A stretch of DNA of 64,000 bases from Eledone cirrhosa (taxonomy: Eukaryota). The notes under the pieces are model-generated. The model made no database searches and was not told where the DNA came from. It saw only the letters and a program-made list of their open reading frames with translations. The stretch lies in contig OZ024740.1 of NCBI GenBank assembly GCA_964016885.1, positions 242,110,001 through 242,174,000 on the forward strand, written 5' to 3'. Position numbers and translations under genes: made by a program. Shown piece after piece: positions 49,868 through 64,000 of this stretch (its first letter is position 1; each line of letters starts with the position of its first letter).

Positions 49868-50180
49868 TGTGTAATATGAGTGTCAAAGTTTCGAGTTACC
49901 ATGTTCAAGGCGGCATCGCAAGAAAAGAAATGATTTTCTTTTATATTTTACAGTTGCCAGCTTCCAAGGAATTGGCGTGATTAAATCTCGACTTCACACT
50001 TAAGACTGCTGTAGGTCACGGAGCTGAAGGCAATCTAATGAAAAACAGCAGTTGGAGGAAAATTTACTCCGGATGTGATCGTTTTAGAAAATAATGTTAC
50101 TTAGCGCAGAACTATTAAAGGCTGGAGCAAAATTTATGTTATATATACGGCATTTGAATGATGATGATCTTTATAGTATA

Positions 50181-50683
50181 CTAGACCACCCGAAAATAAT
50201 TTGTAAATAATTTGTAAATAATTTGTAAATAATTTGTAAATAATTTGTAAAAAAATTTGAAAATGATTTGTAAAAAATTTGAAAATAATTTGTAAATAAT
50301 TAAAATATACACAGACATGTATATAACGTAATATGAAATTGGAAGGTCAATCTCTCCGTTTGTATTCCCATTTCAGGGCTATTTTACTTTCGGAGTATTT
50401 TCCCATTATGCACCGTTTTAGCTATTTATGAAGGTTTGCAGGGTTGTGTTACTTTCGGAGTATTTTTCCATTATGTACCGTTTTGGCTATTTATGAAGGT
50501 ACCCGGAAAAACCCATATTTCGGGAACGCGTGCTTCGATTTACGCGAAACTTGTTTTATTCCATGTGTATTCTCATTTCAGCGTCAACGTCCTTTCAAAG
50601 TATTTTCCCATTATGTGCCCTTTTGGCTGTATTACATTACAGACAAACAATCAAGCAATCACAGACTCTTAGTATTATATAGG
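50181..50683 (-). mobile_element. Possible non-autonomous Helitron with internal 11-bp (TAAATAATTTG) and ~60-bp repeats
   Basis: Minus strand starts A|CCTATATAATAC (TC-like start) and ends CTAG|T; 3' hairpin incomplete. Confidence 0.4.
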
Positions 50684-51589
50684 TAAATAGGCTGTATATT
50701 TGTATTAAAGTAAGGGAAGGGTTGTGTTTTCTGTGAAACATTTTACGAAGTTGAATATTGATATTGCTTTTCATTTATTTATTTGTCTTTCTTCTCAAAT
50801 TTACTTTCTTTCTGAGAGAAATATTATATTTCACACTTTTACACCTTCTTTAATGTATTTCTGAAGAAATTCTGGAAATTTCTCGGCAGAGTTCTTTTGC
50901 TAGATAATGGATCGCAGCTGGCGGATAGCGATGTGAGGGATTGTTGCGATATAAGCGTGCTCCTACCGGACGAATAAGCAACCCCGGTCAAACAGTGGTA
51001 AACTACAAGTGGGTGGGGTGGAGTAATGAGTAAAACAAATTCCAAAAGTAAAAAGCACTCACAACCCTCTGTCAAGGCCAGTAAAGAAAGCCTAGACCTC
51101 GCGAGTCTGCGAAATTTACCAAATTGATGACTGGAGCGAATAAGACTACCAAAAACTGTAATATTATTAGATGCAATAAAAGCATTCATATCGCAATGTC
51201 ATTCACGCGGGGTAACAAGGGACGTGTTCAGGCTTTAGGTAGAGTGGCCTGTTCGAAAAATATATTGCAGTCTCCATCCAACGATGTATGAAATGGCTAG
51301 GAGCCTGCGAGCTGCCTTGGGGTGGGGGTGGGGGAGATGGGATGTGTATCCCGAGAACCCCAAAACTGGTTCAAAAGGGAGCAAATCTTAACAATTGGCA
51401 ATTGAAACGTTTCAAGGTCTCTGTGAAAGGTATAAGTTTATGCGCCAAAGAAGGATTCCGAATTCAGATACTTTTTTTATGAAGTCACTGCAGGGTTAAA
51501 TGTAGTTAAGACTGAGTCATATATAGTAATGGGATATATGACTCAGGTTGTCAATGCACAACTTGGCACTGACCACGTGACATAAAGTG

Positions 51590-53822
51590 GAAAGCACTGG
51601 CTGATAATGAGGTCTGAACCAGGTGTGGGGATACTATTGCATCCAAAGTCAGAGAATTCCTTGAACAAAGTAAGGACGTTAGAACGGAGTGGAGACTGTT
51701 TAGTTTGGGACTTTTTGCTTCAGCTGGTAAATGTTTGGTACTGGTGCCGGGTGGCAGGAGGACCTCTTGCTTCAACCAAGAAGTTAAAGATGCCATCCGA
51801 GCAAAGAAGGAGAATTACAAAGCTTGATTTGGAAATAAATGCTCCTTTTTGAACTTGCAGTTCAAGCAGGCGCGATAAGTCACAGCAGAGATAGAAAAGG
51901 CATCTAAGCTAAGACATGCGAGTACGTTGGGGCTAAGGTGAAATCCAACTTTAGATCAGCATATAAAGTATTCTGATATACCATCCACCGACTTTGTCTT
52001 CCTTAGAAGTCCTCCTCCACACTTGCTATCAAAGACGTACATCCTCGTGTGGTGGAGAGAATACTTTGCTGATCTCCTAAACACGATTACAATAACATCT
52101 TTTCATGTATATAAGGTGTATCTAGGAGCGATGACTAACCTTTTGGAGGCTGAGGTCACCAGAGTAATAAAAGAGTTCAAATGTGGCAAGGTCTCTGGGA
52201 AGAATGAAATTCGTCCCAAGATGTTAAAAGCCTTAAATAGAGAAGGTAGTCTCTGGTTGACTCGTGTGTGCCAGGCGGCTGGTATCTCTGGAAAGGCCTC
52301 TGAGCAATGGCAATCGGGTGTGATAATCCCAATTTTCAAAAAGAGAGACAAGAGAGATTACTCTAATTATAGGAGGATCTCCTTGTTAAGCCCCGTCCTC
52401 GATAAAGTCTATGCTAAGTGACTGACCAAGAGATGCTGGTATATTGTCGAGGCCAAGTTAGCTGACCAATATCGCACAGCGGCAGGTCTTTGAGAAATCA
52501 TAGTATTGCCAAGAGGTGTATGCTTGTTTCGTAGACCACGAAAGTCATATGACTACGTTCCACAGAACATGTGGAAGGTTCTGCAGGAGTATGTATATAT
52601 CTTCTTGTTGCCCTGAAGTCCTTATACGAATGCCTAGTATTTGTTTTCGGATAAATTGTACTACGTCGAAACCATTCAATGTGGGTATCAGACTCCGCCA
52701 AGGGTGCGTACTGTATCCATGGGTGACTGGGTGACTGCTGGTTTTCCCCAAAATAATTTTGCCCGGTCTTGTGTCTCGGAATGTAACATTTTAGATGCAA
52801 ATTCTATGGTCATTCGCGACCAAAGTGGGTTTTTTAAATTTTATTAATAAACAAAAATGAATGTTACATTACTACAAGGCTAAAATCATTTCTGGTCATT
52901 TAAGTACCCCACGTATACATAACTGGTACTTTAGTTTATTGATCCCAGGATTTCAACTCAGAACATAATCGGACGTAAATGAATATTGACTTCTTCTTAC
53001 GTAGTTATAAGATCGGAATTTTGAAGTTTGAACGTAGTGGGGTTTGAATAGAAACCGCAAAGGGTCGAAATAAATATCAAATGGCATTTAATCAGGCGAT
53101 TTGACGAGTCTCATATAGGTGCAAGACTTCTATCCAAAAAGTTCATGAACATGATTGACATGCGCAGCCGGGTTGGTGTCAGGAGCGGCAGGTGTATGAT
53201 CAGTCGGCTGGAGTTTGCTGACGATATGGTACTACTTAACACGTGGGAAAGTGATCTCCGTCATGTACTTGATAGCTTTACTGTAGAGTGCTGCTCGACA
53301 TGAATAAAAATTATCAGTGCTACGAAGACTGAGACACATGTCCCCTTGGGAAGACTGCACAGTTCACTCTACGTGATGGGAACTGGTGCACTAATGCGCC
53401 AGATTTAGTATTCGGTCATCAGAAGAAGGGAAGTAGGTGTATAAGCGAAACTCCTTATTTTTATGCCGGTGTTCGTGTCTACCCTTACCTATAATCATGA
53501 CTATTGTGTAATGACCGAAAGAATGCGATTGCGATAACAACCGGCCTAAATGGGGTTTCTATGGAGGGTCTCTGGAGTAACGTTTCTCGATAGAGTGTGT
53601 AGCTCGATCAGGGAGTCATTCCAGGTAGAGCCGCTACTTCTCCGAGTTGAGAAATTACAGCTCCGATATCACAGATTTGTCTCCAAAATGTCTCAATAAA
53701 GAATAGTCGAATAGATTTTACGGGCAAAACCAACTGGCAGGAGACTAAGGGGTAGATCCAAAGAAGAAGAAGAAGAAGAAGAAGAAGAAGAAGAAGAAGA
53801 AGAAGAAGAAGAAGAAGAAGAA
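51590..53822 (+). pseudogene. Degenerate RTE (Expander/Rex3-like) LINE ending in (GAA)n
   Basis: GVGILLHP, EIRPKMLKAL, WQSGVIIPIFKK..SNYRRISLLS, LRQGCVL, LEFADDMVLL, VEPLLLRVE, KPTGRRLRGRS; (GAA)n at 53761-53822. Confidence 0.85.
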
Positions 53823-54163
53823 TTCTGGAAATCAGTTTAAAGCTCGAATATTATCTTTTATATTGTTTCTTAACCTTTTTACATTTTTATTGTTGTTTTC
53901 TGTTCTTCTTAGTTGTTTATAAGACATCATTTTCTATCTTGTTATTAAACATATCAATGACTTGTGAATGAATTGACTGTTAATATTTTCATCGTAAAAT
54001 GATAAACGTTATCAGCTCAAATTTGGGACATTGAAGTTTGTTGTCCTTTCCTGTTCCAAATAGTTATTTATAATAATCTAATATATTAACACATATAATG
54101 CAAATCTTTGAAAGATCTCTCAAATGTTTATGTTTCTCTCCTTCCCTCCCTCTCTATCTCTCT

Positions 54164-54203
<40 letters not shown>

Positions 54204-54225
54204 TTATCTATCTATCTATCTCTCA

Positions 54226-54319
<94 letters not shown>

Positions 54320-54325
54320 CACAAA

Positions 54326-56300
54326 TAGTGGCGTAACTAGAGTGTGTGCCGCCCGGGGCATCCCTTCAGTTTGCTGCCCCCGGGCCCCACAAAAATATAT
54401 TTTGCACAGTGACTATATATATATATATATATATATATAAGTTATATATATATATTAATTAGTCTGTGTACAATTATGATATTACTTTCACATATTCAAA
54501 TATAGTACATTTTAAATACACACCAAACAAACCCAAATTTTATAAATAACAGTTAAACAAAAAGCAAAAATGACATAAAGGGAAACAAGTAAAAAAGTGT
54601 AAATCTTTATTTCTGAAAAAAGTAAATAAGTGACCATCTTTATTTCTGAAAATAAAACTATAACTTACTACAAAGTAACTTTTCTTGCTATTTTGTTGGC
54701 AAATTCTTGAATATTGTCAAAAACCATTTCATCGGTCGATCGTCGCTCTATAGACAGTATGGCAAGATTTCTCATCCACAAGGTGCGCATAGTAGGTCTT
54801 AAGTAATTCTTGATCAGTTTTAGTTTCGAAAAACTCCTCTCATTGTTAGCAACACTAACAACAACTGCGAGGAAAATCCGCAGCATTATTACTATATTTG
54901 AAACCGAGTTCCCAAGGTTATATCTTTGAATAAACAGCAAAAGTTTAAGGGGGTCGTCTTCCACGTTTTACACTCTTTAACAGCAATAAAATGCTGAAGT
55001 CTTTTTCTCACAACTAGGAACTCCTCTTTATCAATGCAGACGTGATCTATTTGTCACTCATAAAGATTCAATGGGGTAAGGAAGACATATTTCTCAGCAA
55101 GTTCATGAAGTTGTTGAAATCTCAAAGTTATTTCTTGGATCACACTGTCCAGTGAAGAAAACATTTCTCTATTGAATTCAATGTCGTATGGCTATTCAAA
55201 ATGTTGTAATCCTTCACCAAATATTTGTTTTTTTTCTTTTTGGGGTCGGCGCTGACGCTTCATGACTATCCACAGATCATTGCAAATTGCTTTATCATAG
55301 TTAACTTGTTCTAAATAATAGAAGGCAGATATGAAATAGCAAACTTGTTTCCCAGCTGGATTTTTAGATGGTCACGTAGCACTGGATTATATTTCGCCAA
55401 CAAATGAACAAACTCTAAAAGATTTCCTCTATATTCCGTTGCTTCAGGTTCAACATCAGTCTCATTTCTCTCATAATTCATTCCTTCTCAGTGGCCTCGT
55501 AAAACCAATTTCTGTTTAGCTAAGAATCTAATAATTGTTTCTACTTTTGGCACAAGGCCAGCAATTACCCAGTGCATTACTGGTACTTTATTTTATCGAC
55601 CCTGTAAGGATGAAAGGCAAAGTTAACCTCGGCAGGATTTGAACTCAGATCAGAAAGGGGCGTAACTCTGTGCTACAAAGCATGTTGTCCGACCCTCTAC
55701 CGATACTGCCAAACCACCAAATCTAATAATATCAAGCAATCTTGAAAGGATTTCCTTCCACTTTTTCACTTGGATTTCAACAACGTCTTCTTTTTTTTAT
55801 CAGTTGTTGCTCCATGATCAATCCCAATTTCCAAATCCTTCCATTATGTGAAATTCCGCAATGGATTCATGCTTAGATATTCTAGGATTCAGTTTCCACC
55901 CTATGTTGAATCCATCCTCATAATTAAATTTTGAGTTACTTTTATCTGAAAACAGTTTGCAACAAAAACAATAAAGAGCTTAATTGGAAGGGGAGTACAC
56001 CATCCATGATCTCAACATTCATTCACCATTTGACAGAGTTTGAAAACACCACTTGCGTGTTAGATCTCTAGTTTGTCCTTTGCTTGACAGACCTTGACGA
56101 ATTACTTCACCCAAATCAGAATCTAGATCTTCAACCAGAGACGCCCCCTGACATACCAGAAAGATATGTATGTCATTGCTAATCTTGCTTGGCCATAATC
56201 CAACATCTTGACCCGGAATATTTTCTTCCCCGTGTTCTTCATCACTTGAAGGGAGTTGAAGCTGACGAATCTCTTGAAGTTGAACCCATTGACTTTGACA
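54326..56300 (-). mobile_element. Decayed, internally deleted hAT transposon (ZMYM1-like transposase)
   Basis: Terminus TAGTGGCGTAACTAG; dimerisation domain LRIFL..SVANNERSFSKLKLIKNYLR..LAILSIE; N-terminal RSWMVYSPS..ALYCFCCKLF and FLAKQKLVLRGH. Confidence 0.85.
55536..55719 (-). mobile_element. tRNA-derived SINE inserted in hAT with 11-bp TSD AATCTAATAAT
   Basis: TSD at 55525-55535 and 55720-55730. Confidence 0.9.
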
Positions 56301-57149
56301 ATGATTTAGATTCGTAAACTTCTCCAGCTTCAGTAGTAGTAGTTTCTATAGGCTGGTGAAATTGTTGCAGCTAAAACCGAACCTGGACATTTGCAATTTT
56401 AATAGAAAAGAATGAAATGCTCCTATCTTCAGAAGTAACTCGACAAAATATAACCCTAGTCCTATCAATCTAAATTCATTTATGTTAAAATCATTAACGG
56501 AATCTTCGGGAATTTCGGCTCCCTCTTTTATATTTATTTCTTTAAATTTCATATAACTTTTTAAAGATTATTTGAATTCTTCGTATATGTTCGTCTGTGT
56601 ATGTGCATGTATGTATGCGTGCGAATAAATGTGTGTATGTATGTATAGATATGTGTATATATGTGTGCGTATGTATGTGTGTAGTTATGTGTGTGTGTCT
56701 GTGTGTGTTTGCTAAGTAAAAGAACTGGTTATATGATTTTTAATCCTAGTATATAATAAATGTATCAACAAAATTGGATATATTAGATTCAATTAAAACC
56801 GTATGTTATTAGTAATTATTTGAAATGTAAAGAGACTGAATTAAATCCTGCAGGGTAGACTTCTCGTTCACTCACAGTATATACGTATTTATACAGCACT
56901 CAAATAAATTTCGGAGGGTGGAGAAACCAGTGGGGGTTTCTGTGGGGTCAAATACTTCAGTGAAGTTTGTATGACTTGAAGATTACAAATGTTTCAGAAT
57001 TCTTTAGAGGCGAAATATTGTTTATATATTTAGCGGTGTCAAATGAGTCCGCATTCGTTTCTCTCCGCAGCATTGCTGTTCATGATGATGACTGATGATG
57101 CTTAAAAAGGGCAGAAAATAAGATTTAATACATACATGCATATATACAT

Positions 57150-57481
57150 GCAAGAACTGGTACAACAGTTTGATCATTAGGCGTGAGAAAGAGCAAATTG
57201 AGACTGATATAATGCACTACCAGAAAGGCATCTTTCAGGGTGATAGCTTATCAGTGCTGCTCTTCGTCCTCTCCCTAAACCCACTATCATACCTGCTCTC
57301 AAAACAAAGTGGTCATAGAAGTGGGTCCAGAAGTATCTCCCATCCTTTCTTTGTCGATGACCTGAAGTTGTATGAGCTAAATACCAACTATATCAAAAAA
57401 CAATTGAACCTCATTACACAATTTTGTGCAAACATCAGATTGAAATTTGGTGAGTCCAAATGTGCATATTTTAACCTTTGA
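57150..57481 (+). pseudogene. Dong/R4-like RT fragment (third family)
   Basis: KGIFQGDSLSVLLFVLSLNPLS..FVDDLKLY..FGESKCA. Confidence 0.8.
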
Positions 57482-58670
57482 CTACATGCTCGTGAATGTT
57501 TTGATTTAAACTATATACATAGAATTATGTTTAATATCTCACAATCTTCATTATAGAAATAATAAAAAAAAGAAAGGGAAACAAAAGGAACGAAACAATA
57601 GGGAAATATAGAAAAAAAAAAAAAAAGGAGAGAAAGAAAAAAGAAAAAGGATCGGGAAGGGGGGTTTGCAAGAGCTCTGGTGTCGCAGGAGAGAGGGGAC
57701 GGGTGGAGGGGAGGGTGATTGGGCTTTGGGCCTAGGGCAAGAGAGCAGAGGTGCCGCTCCCTGCTGAAAGGACAGCAAAAGCATCCCCCCTGACGATGGC
57801 CAGTGACACCCGCTGCAACAGCCACCCAACCTCGCGGGGTATTATATCCACGATTGTTCTTATGCATCTGCATTACGTATTCTTCGATCAATTAGAGTCT
57901 TCATAAACACGCATTTTTTTCTTTGACCGTGTACTATTTTTTTTTTCTCCTACGAAAATTCTGTGGCCGAGTGTCTTTATTAAAACACGCTAAAATGCGT
58001 TCTTTTCCGTTAGAACCTCTTCATCTTTCTCTTTTTTACTTTTTTCCTCTGTACTTCTTTTGTTATACATTGTACTTTCCGTGTTTCTTTCCAATAGTCA
58101 TTCTTTATCCATCATATACCTTTATATGGAATCGAAAGTCTCGATATTTATAACAATGGTTAATTATATCAGTTAACTTTGCATTGTCAGTTAAAACACG
58201 TTTTCTTAATAGAAAAAAATAACACTCACCGGAAAGAAAAGTATGTTAAAACACACACGCACGCACGCACACACACACACACACACACGCACACACACAC
58301 ACACACCCACCCACACACCCACACATACACACACACACACACACACACGCACATATATATATATATATATATATATAAAGAAAAAGAGATGAAATCGAAA
58401 ATGCAACTGGAGTCTTATTTTTTTTTTAAATATATATATTTATTTGGTTCCTTTACCGGTTTCGCAGTTCTTCTGCTTTTCAAAAGGTGAGTTGAAATGG
58501 AGGGTCTGTGGTTTTTCTCACATCTGTTGCATTTTCGATTTCATCTCTTTTTCTTTATACTTTCACTCGTGTAGGACACCTCGGTTATTTTTCATTTTGT
58601 AAAAAAAACCTCACTTTCTAATATGTATATATATATATATATACACACACATATATATACACACACACAC

Positions 58671-58832
<162 letters not shown>

Positions 58833-58899
58833 ATAATAATAAAATTGAAGACTAAAATCCAGAGAGGGCTCGATAAGGAAAATATATATCAAATATATA

Positions 58900-58954
<55 letters not shown>

Positions 58955-58965
58955 TATATATATAT

Positions 58966-59038
<73 letters not shown>

Positions 59039-59049
59039 TATATATATAT

Positions 59050-59201
<152 letters not shown>

Positions 59202-59349
59202 GGTAAACAGAAATAACAACACAATCTGCTAAGAGTATTGCAATCGCTTGTCAGATTATAAAGTTTAGGTTACGGGCAGCCACACGAACCTATAACAGAT
59301 CCTGAACAAGGAATGCCTGTGCTTTGAAGGTTTTTTAAGTGGGGAAAGG

Positions 59350-61205
59350 CCTTACACTCAACCAATCCCATTCTCTGACGAATTATATGGTATAACCCAC
59401 CATATAATATGGAGGTGGCCACACCATTAGCTAAGATCTTTCTTTCCCTTATTACGAAGCATTTTCCCCCAACATATAAATATAGTAAAATTTTTAATAG
59501 AAATACCATTAAAATTTCTTACTCTACGACTCCTAACCTTGCACATAACATCACAGCTTCAAATTTAGCTAACTACCTAGCTGTAGGAACACGTGCAACC
59601 CTGTAGCTAGTACTAACTCTAATTGTAGGAATCGGGTTGACTGCCCCCTATCCGGGAAATGCCTCTCTAGTAACATTGTCTACAAATGTAAGGTTGAAAC
59701 ACCCACGTCCCGTAGGTCCGACATAGGGTTAACCGCCAATAGATTCAAGCAGGGTCTTTACATGCATACCCATTCTTTTCTTAACCCTTTAAGAAGGAAT
59801 ATGACGTCACTTTCACCTTATATCTGGAGTCTAAAAGACAACCACACCCAATATAAGTTACACTGGGAGATCCTAGCTAAAGCTAGATCGTATAACGGAA
59901 ACAAAAGACCATGTGACCTCTGCGCCGCTGAGGCCCTGGAAATACTCTACGCCACAGACCACATCTTAAACACAAAATCTGAGGCAATTTCGGCTTGTAA
60001 ACATAAATTTCACAAACATTTTCTGTATTACAGACCCACATTATACCCTAACAGATAGTACGAACTATACGCGGATTTTTTACATCTTGATGTGGTAGCT
60101 AAATATATGTTATGTTTATACCATTACTTATTTGTATAGGTCGGTATATATTACCTTTATGTTTTGTGAAGGTACGTATACTTTCTCGTACGTATATTTG
60201 ACTGTATATGTTATGGCGTATATATTATATATTCTGGTACATATGCATTTGGTTATGTGTATACGCGAGTTTTGCGTCTGTGTGAGTATGCGGGTTCGTA
60301 CGTATGTAGGGTGTGTGTAATGTGTAATTTGTGTTTTGGTTGACGTGCGTCTCCGAACATAGGTGTATTTGCATGTAGGTATGTGTCTGCGCGCGTTATA
60401 TACGTATTTATTTATTTATATACGTTTATTTATTTATATGTATACACGCGCACACACATATATATATATATTTTTTTTTTATATATATTTTTATATGTAT
60501 TTGGTGTTTACATTCGTATGTGTGCAGGTACAGGCGTTGCGTGGGTTCTGTATGTGCGTGCGGGTTCTTTTGTGTATGTGCTTGTATTTGTACACCATGG
60601 CGAGTGTTTTCGCTTATGCTTGTGTATGTACGTATATGGATGCGTGTATGTATTTATTTAATTTCAATTACCTCTGTATATTATTTACTTTATTCTTAAC
60701 TCTGAAGCCGAGCATTATTCTGTTTCCTAGTTACTATTTTAGTCTACGACTTCAGTTATACCATTTACGTGGTTTTGTCTTTGCGTGCAATTGTTCATTG
60801 CCAGAGAACGTCTCCATGAACCACCTAATAGAATATTAGTCTACGACTTCTTTTATACCATAAACGCGGTTCTGTCTTTACGTGTAATTGTTTTTCACCG
60901 TTCCAAATAATGACGTATTATCTTCGTTTTTTCCCATTCTTTGCCAGAGAACGTTTCCACGAACCAAAGTATCGTCTTCCGGTCTTCCTCCGGCTGCAAC
61001 GTTTTTTGAAATATTTACTTCTGCGTTCACAGATTGACTTTTTTTAGTTTCAGAAGATCCCGTTAAGGGCGAAGGCAGCAATTCTTTGCTTAAACTTTAA
61101 TCTGTTATTTTAATAAATATTTGCTCTACGGTTCTTATATATTTGATATATATTTATCCTTATCGAATCCTCTTTGAATTTTAGTCTTCAAATTTATCAT
61201 TATTA

Positions 61206-61210
<5 letters not shown>
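59350..61210 (+). mobile_element. 5'-truncated PLE family H (GIY-YIG + long 3' pseudo-LTR); short inverted terminus at 58829-58900
   Basis: IIWYNP, KIFNRNTIKISYSTTPNL, CPLSGKCLSSNIVYKC, CDLCAAE, SACKHK; ends in (TA)n. Confidence 0.88.
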
Positions 61211-61285
<75 letters not shown>

Positions 61286-61425
61286 TAAACTTCGTTGCGT
61301 AAATAAATTATTCTAGACTATGTCCCTGTTCGCTAGACCACTGATATAGTTGCTTTACATTAGAATAATCCCATCCCGTTACGGGAAAAAAAATCGTAGA
61401 ATAATAAACTTATATTTTGACCGAT

Positions 61426-61513
<88 letters not shown>

Positions 61514-61549
61514 ACACACACACACACACACTCACACACACACACACAC

Positions 61550-61580
<31 letters not shown>

Positions 61581-61780
61581 TACATACACATATATATACG
61601 CTCGCGCGCAAATACAGATATACCCATACACACACACACTTATATATATATGTATATATTTATATGTGTGTGTGTGTGTAGTGAGTTTATTGACAAGAAG
61701 AAAGAGTGCTCTGTTTATTATATAGAGCGCTCTTTCTTACTGTCGATGTTTTCGCTACACACACACATACACGCATGTAT

Positions 61781-61881
<101 letters not shown>

Positions 61882-62115
61882 GAGAAATATACACGGGTGT
61901 GTGTGATTGTGTATAGAAGATTATATTAATAAGAGGAATTCCAACTTTGTCTGATTTACTCGTTTTATTTACAATCCTTTAAAATGTATAATGGTATTAG
62001 AATGAAATAGTATGATAGAATATTAAATGTTAAGTGTTAATTGAACAAGTACTTTCATGCTTTCGCAATCTTCAGGTTCATAATGTGTGGTGACAGTCAA
62101 GTTTGCAATTTTCAA

Positions 62116-62202
<87 letters not shown>

Positions 62203-62372
62203 TATATATATATATATATTAATATATATATGTAATATGAGACATTATAAGCCAATAAAAATATGTTGATGTTGTAGACGCTCTTCTGTTCTTTATCATA
62301 TATATATATATATATAAATGTAAGTATGTATGTATACGTACATATATATATGTATACAGACGTACAGTAGCA

Positions 62373-62480
<108 letters not shown>

Positions 62481-62634
62481 CATACAGGTACACATATATA
62501 TATGTACGTATCAGTTTAGCGGACGTTTATTATAACGCCCGCTTTGTCCGTTTGTAAACAAACGGACAGCCTGATTTATGCCGTACGGTGTTAAGGCAAC
62601 CGCGTCACCTTTTTGCTCAACACTGACACAGGAA

Positions 62635-62675
62635 CGATGTACTAGTTTCAAGCTTCTTAGCTATCATCAGCACCG
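62635..62675 (-). ncRNA. Type I minimal hammerhead, canonical core
   Basis: CGGTG-CTGATGA-TAGC-TAAGAA-GCTT-GAAAC-TA-GTA-CATCG. Confidence 0.88.
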
Positions 62676-62867
62676 TATACCCTTCTGCCAGATGGTTGAA
62701 CTTTCGAAAGTATATACTTTCCTCATGAAAATTAACGGCTGAGCAGCCTAATTTGCATATCGAGTGAGTTCAGTCGGCCAGGCGTACCGAAAACGATAGG
62801 TTGTAATAGAATGAACGATAAGTTGTAATAGAATAAACTGATACGTACATATATATATGTGTACCTG

Positions 62868-62933
<66 letters not shown>

Positions 62934-63169
62934 TGTTACTGTACGTCTGTATACATATATGTATGTACGTATACATACATACTTACATTTAAGTAAGTGC
63001 CGTACTAAGAGTGAGAAATGAAATTTCGTTTCATTCTATTACAACTTATCGTTTTCGGTACGCCTGGCCGACTGAACTCACTCGATATGCAAATTAGGCT
63101 GCTCAGCCGTTAATTTTCATAAGGGAAGTATATACTTTCGAACGTTCAACCATCTGACAGAAGGGTATA

Positions 63170-63210
63170 CGGTGCTGATGATAGCTAAGAAGCTTGAAAC
63201 TAGTACATCG
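63170..63210 (+). ncRNA. Type I minimal hammerhead, canonical core; predicted cleavage after A63205
   Basis: CGGTG-CTGATGA-TAGC-TAAGAA-GCTT-GAAAC-TA-GTA-CATCG; stem III palindrome ACTAGT. Confidence 0.88.
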
Positions 63211-63528
63211 TTCCTGTGTCAGTGTTGAGCAAAAAGGTGACGTGGTTACCTTAACACCGTACGGCATAAATCAGGCTGTCCGTTTGTTTACGTGCTACTG
63301 TACGTCTGTATACATATATGTATGTACGTATACACACATACTTACATTTAAGTAAGTGCCGTACTAAGAGTGAGAAATGAAATTTCGTTTCATTCTATTA
63401 CAACTTATCGTTTTCGGTACGCCTGGCCGACTGAACTCACTCGATATGCAAATTAGGCTGCTCAGCCGTTAATTTTTATAAGGAAAGTATATACTTTCGA
63501 ACATTCAACCATCTGGCAGAAGGGTATA

Positions 63529-63569
63529 CGGTGCTGATGATAGCTAAGAAGCTTGCAACTAGTACATCG
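63529..63569 (+). ncRNA. Type I minimal hammerhead with GAAA>GCAA core mutation
   Basis: Same as 63170-63210 except GCAAC. Confidence 0.75.
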
Positions 63570-63719
63570 TTCCTGTGTCAGTGTTGAGCAAAAAGGTGAC
63601 GTGGTTGCATTAACACCGTACGGCATAAATCAGGCTGTCCGTTTGTTTACAAACGGACAAAGCGGGCGTTATAATAAACGTCCGCTAAACTGATACGTAC
63701 ATATATATATGTGTACCTG

Positions 63720-64000
<281 letters not shown>

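Noticed and set aside
57500-58620. Possible further PLE pseudo-LTR with a short inverted repeat (58376-58410 / 58525-58560)
   Set aside because: No convincing hammerhead or coding remnant found

Overview
Eukaryotic, AT- and microsatellite-rich non-genic DNA, most likely from an octopod cephalopod (inferred from the tRNA-derived SINE type and the repeat landscape). No host protein-coding gene could be supported. The window is almost entirely retroelements sorted by microsatellite. (1) 10.7-29.1 kb is an ~18.4-kb (ATT)n/(TAA)n landing-pad array holding about 12 insertions: Tx1/L1-clade LINEs and a tail-sharing tRNA-SINE always on +, and Dong/R4-clade RLE retrotransposons always on -. The array is bracketed by an 8-bp duplication (CAGAGTCA) inside an older SINE and appears to have been seeded by the (TAA)n tail of a short RTE fragment. 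It also contains a Tx1-Dong chimera and a 25-nt reiterated 5' end. (2) The (TA)n-rich flanks carry Penelope-like elements (RT + C-terminal GIY-YIG) and their non-coding, often fold-back, pseudo-LTRs. In these I found about 22 type I hammerhead ribozyme motifs of ~10 sequence families, most with family-specific palindromic stem III. They include a 359-nt tandem retrozyme-like unit and a family with a CAGAAGA core variant. Also present: degenerate RTE, CRE-like and hAT elements, a MITE and a possible non-autonomous Helitron. All folds and alignments were done by eye.
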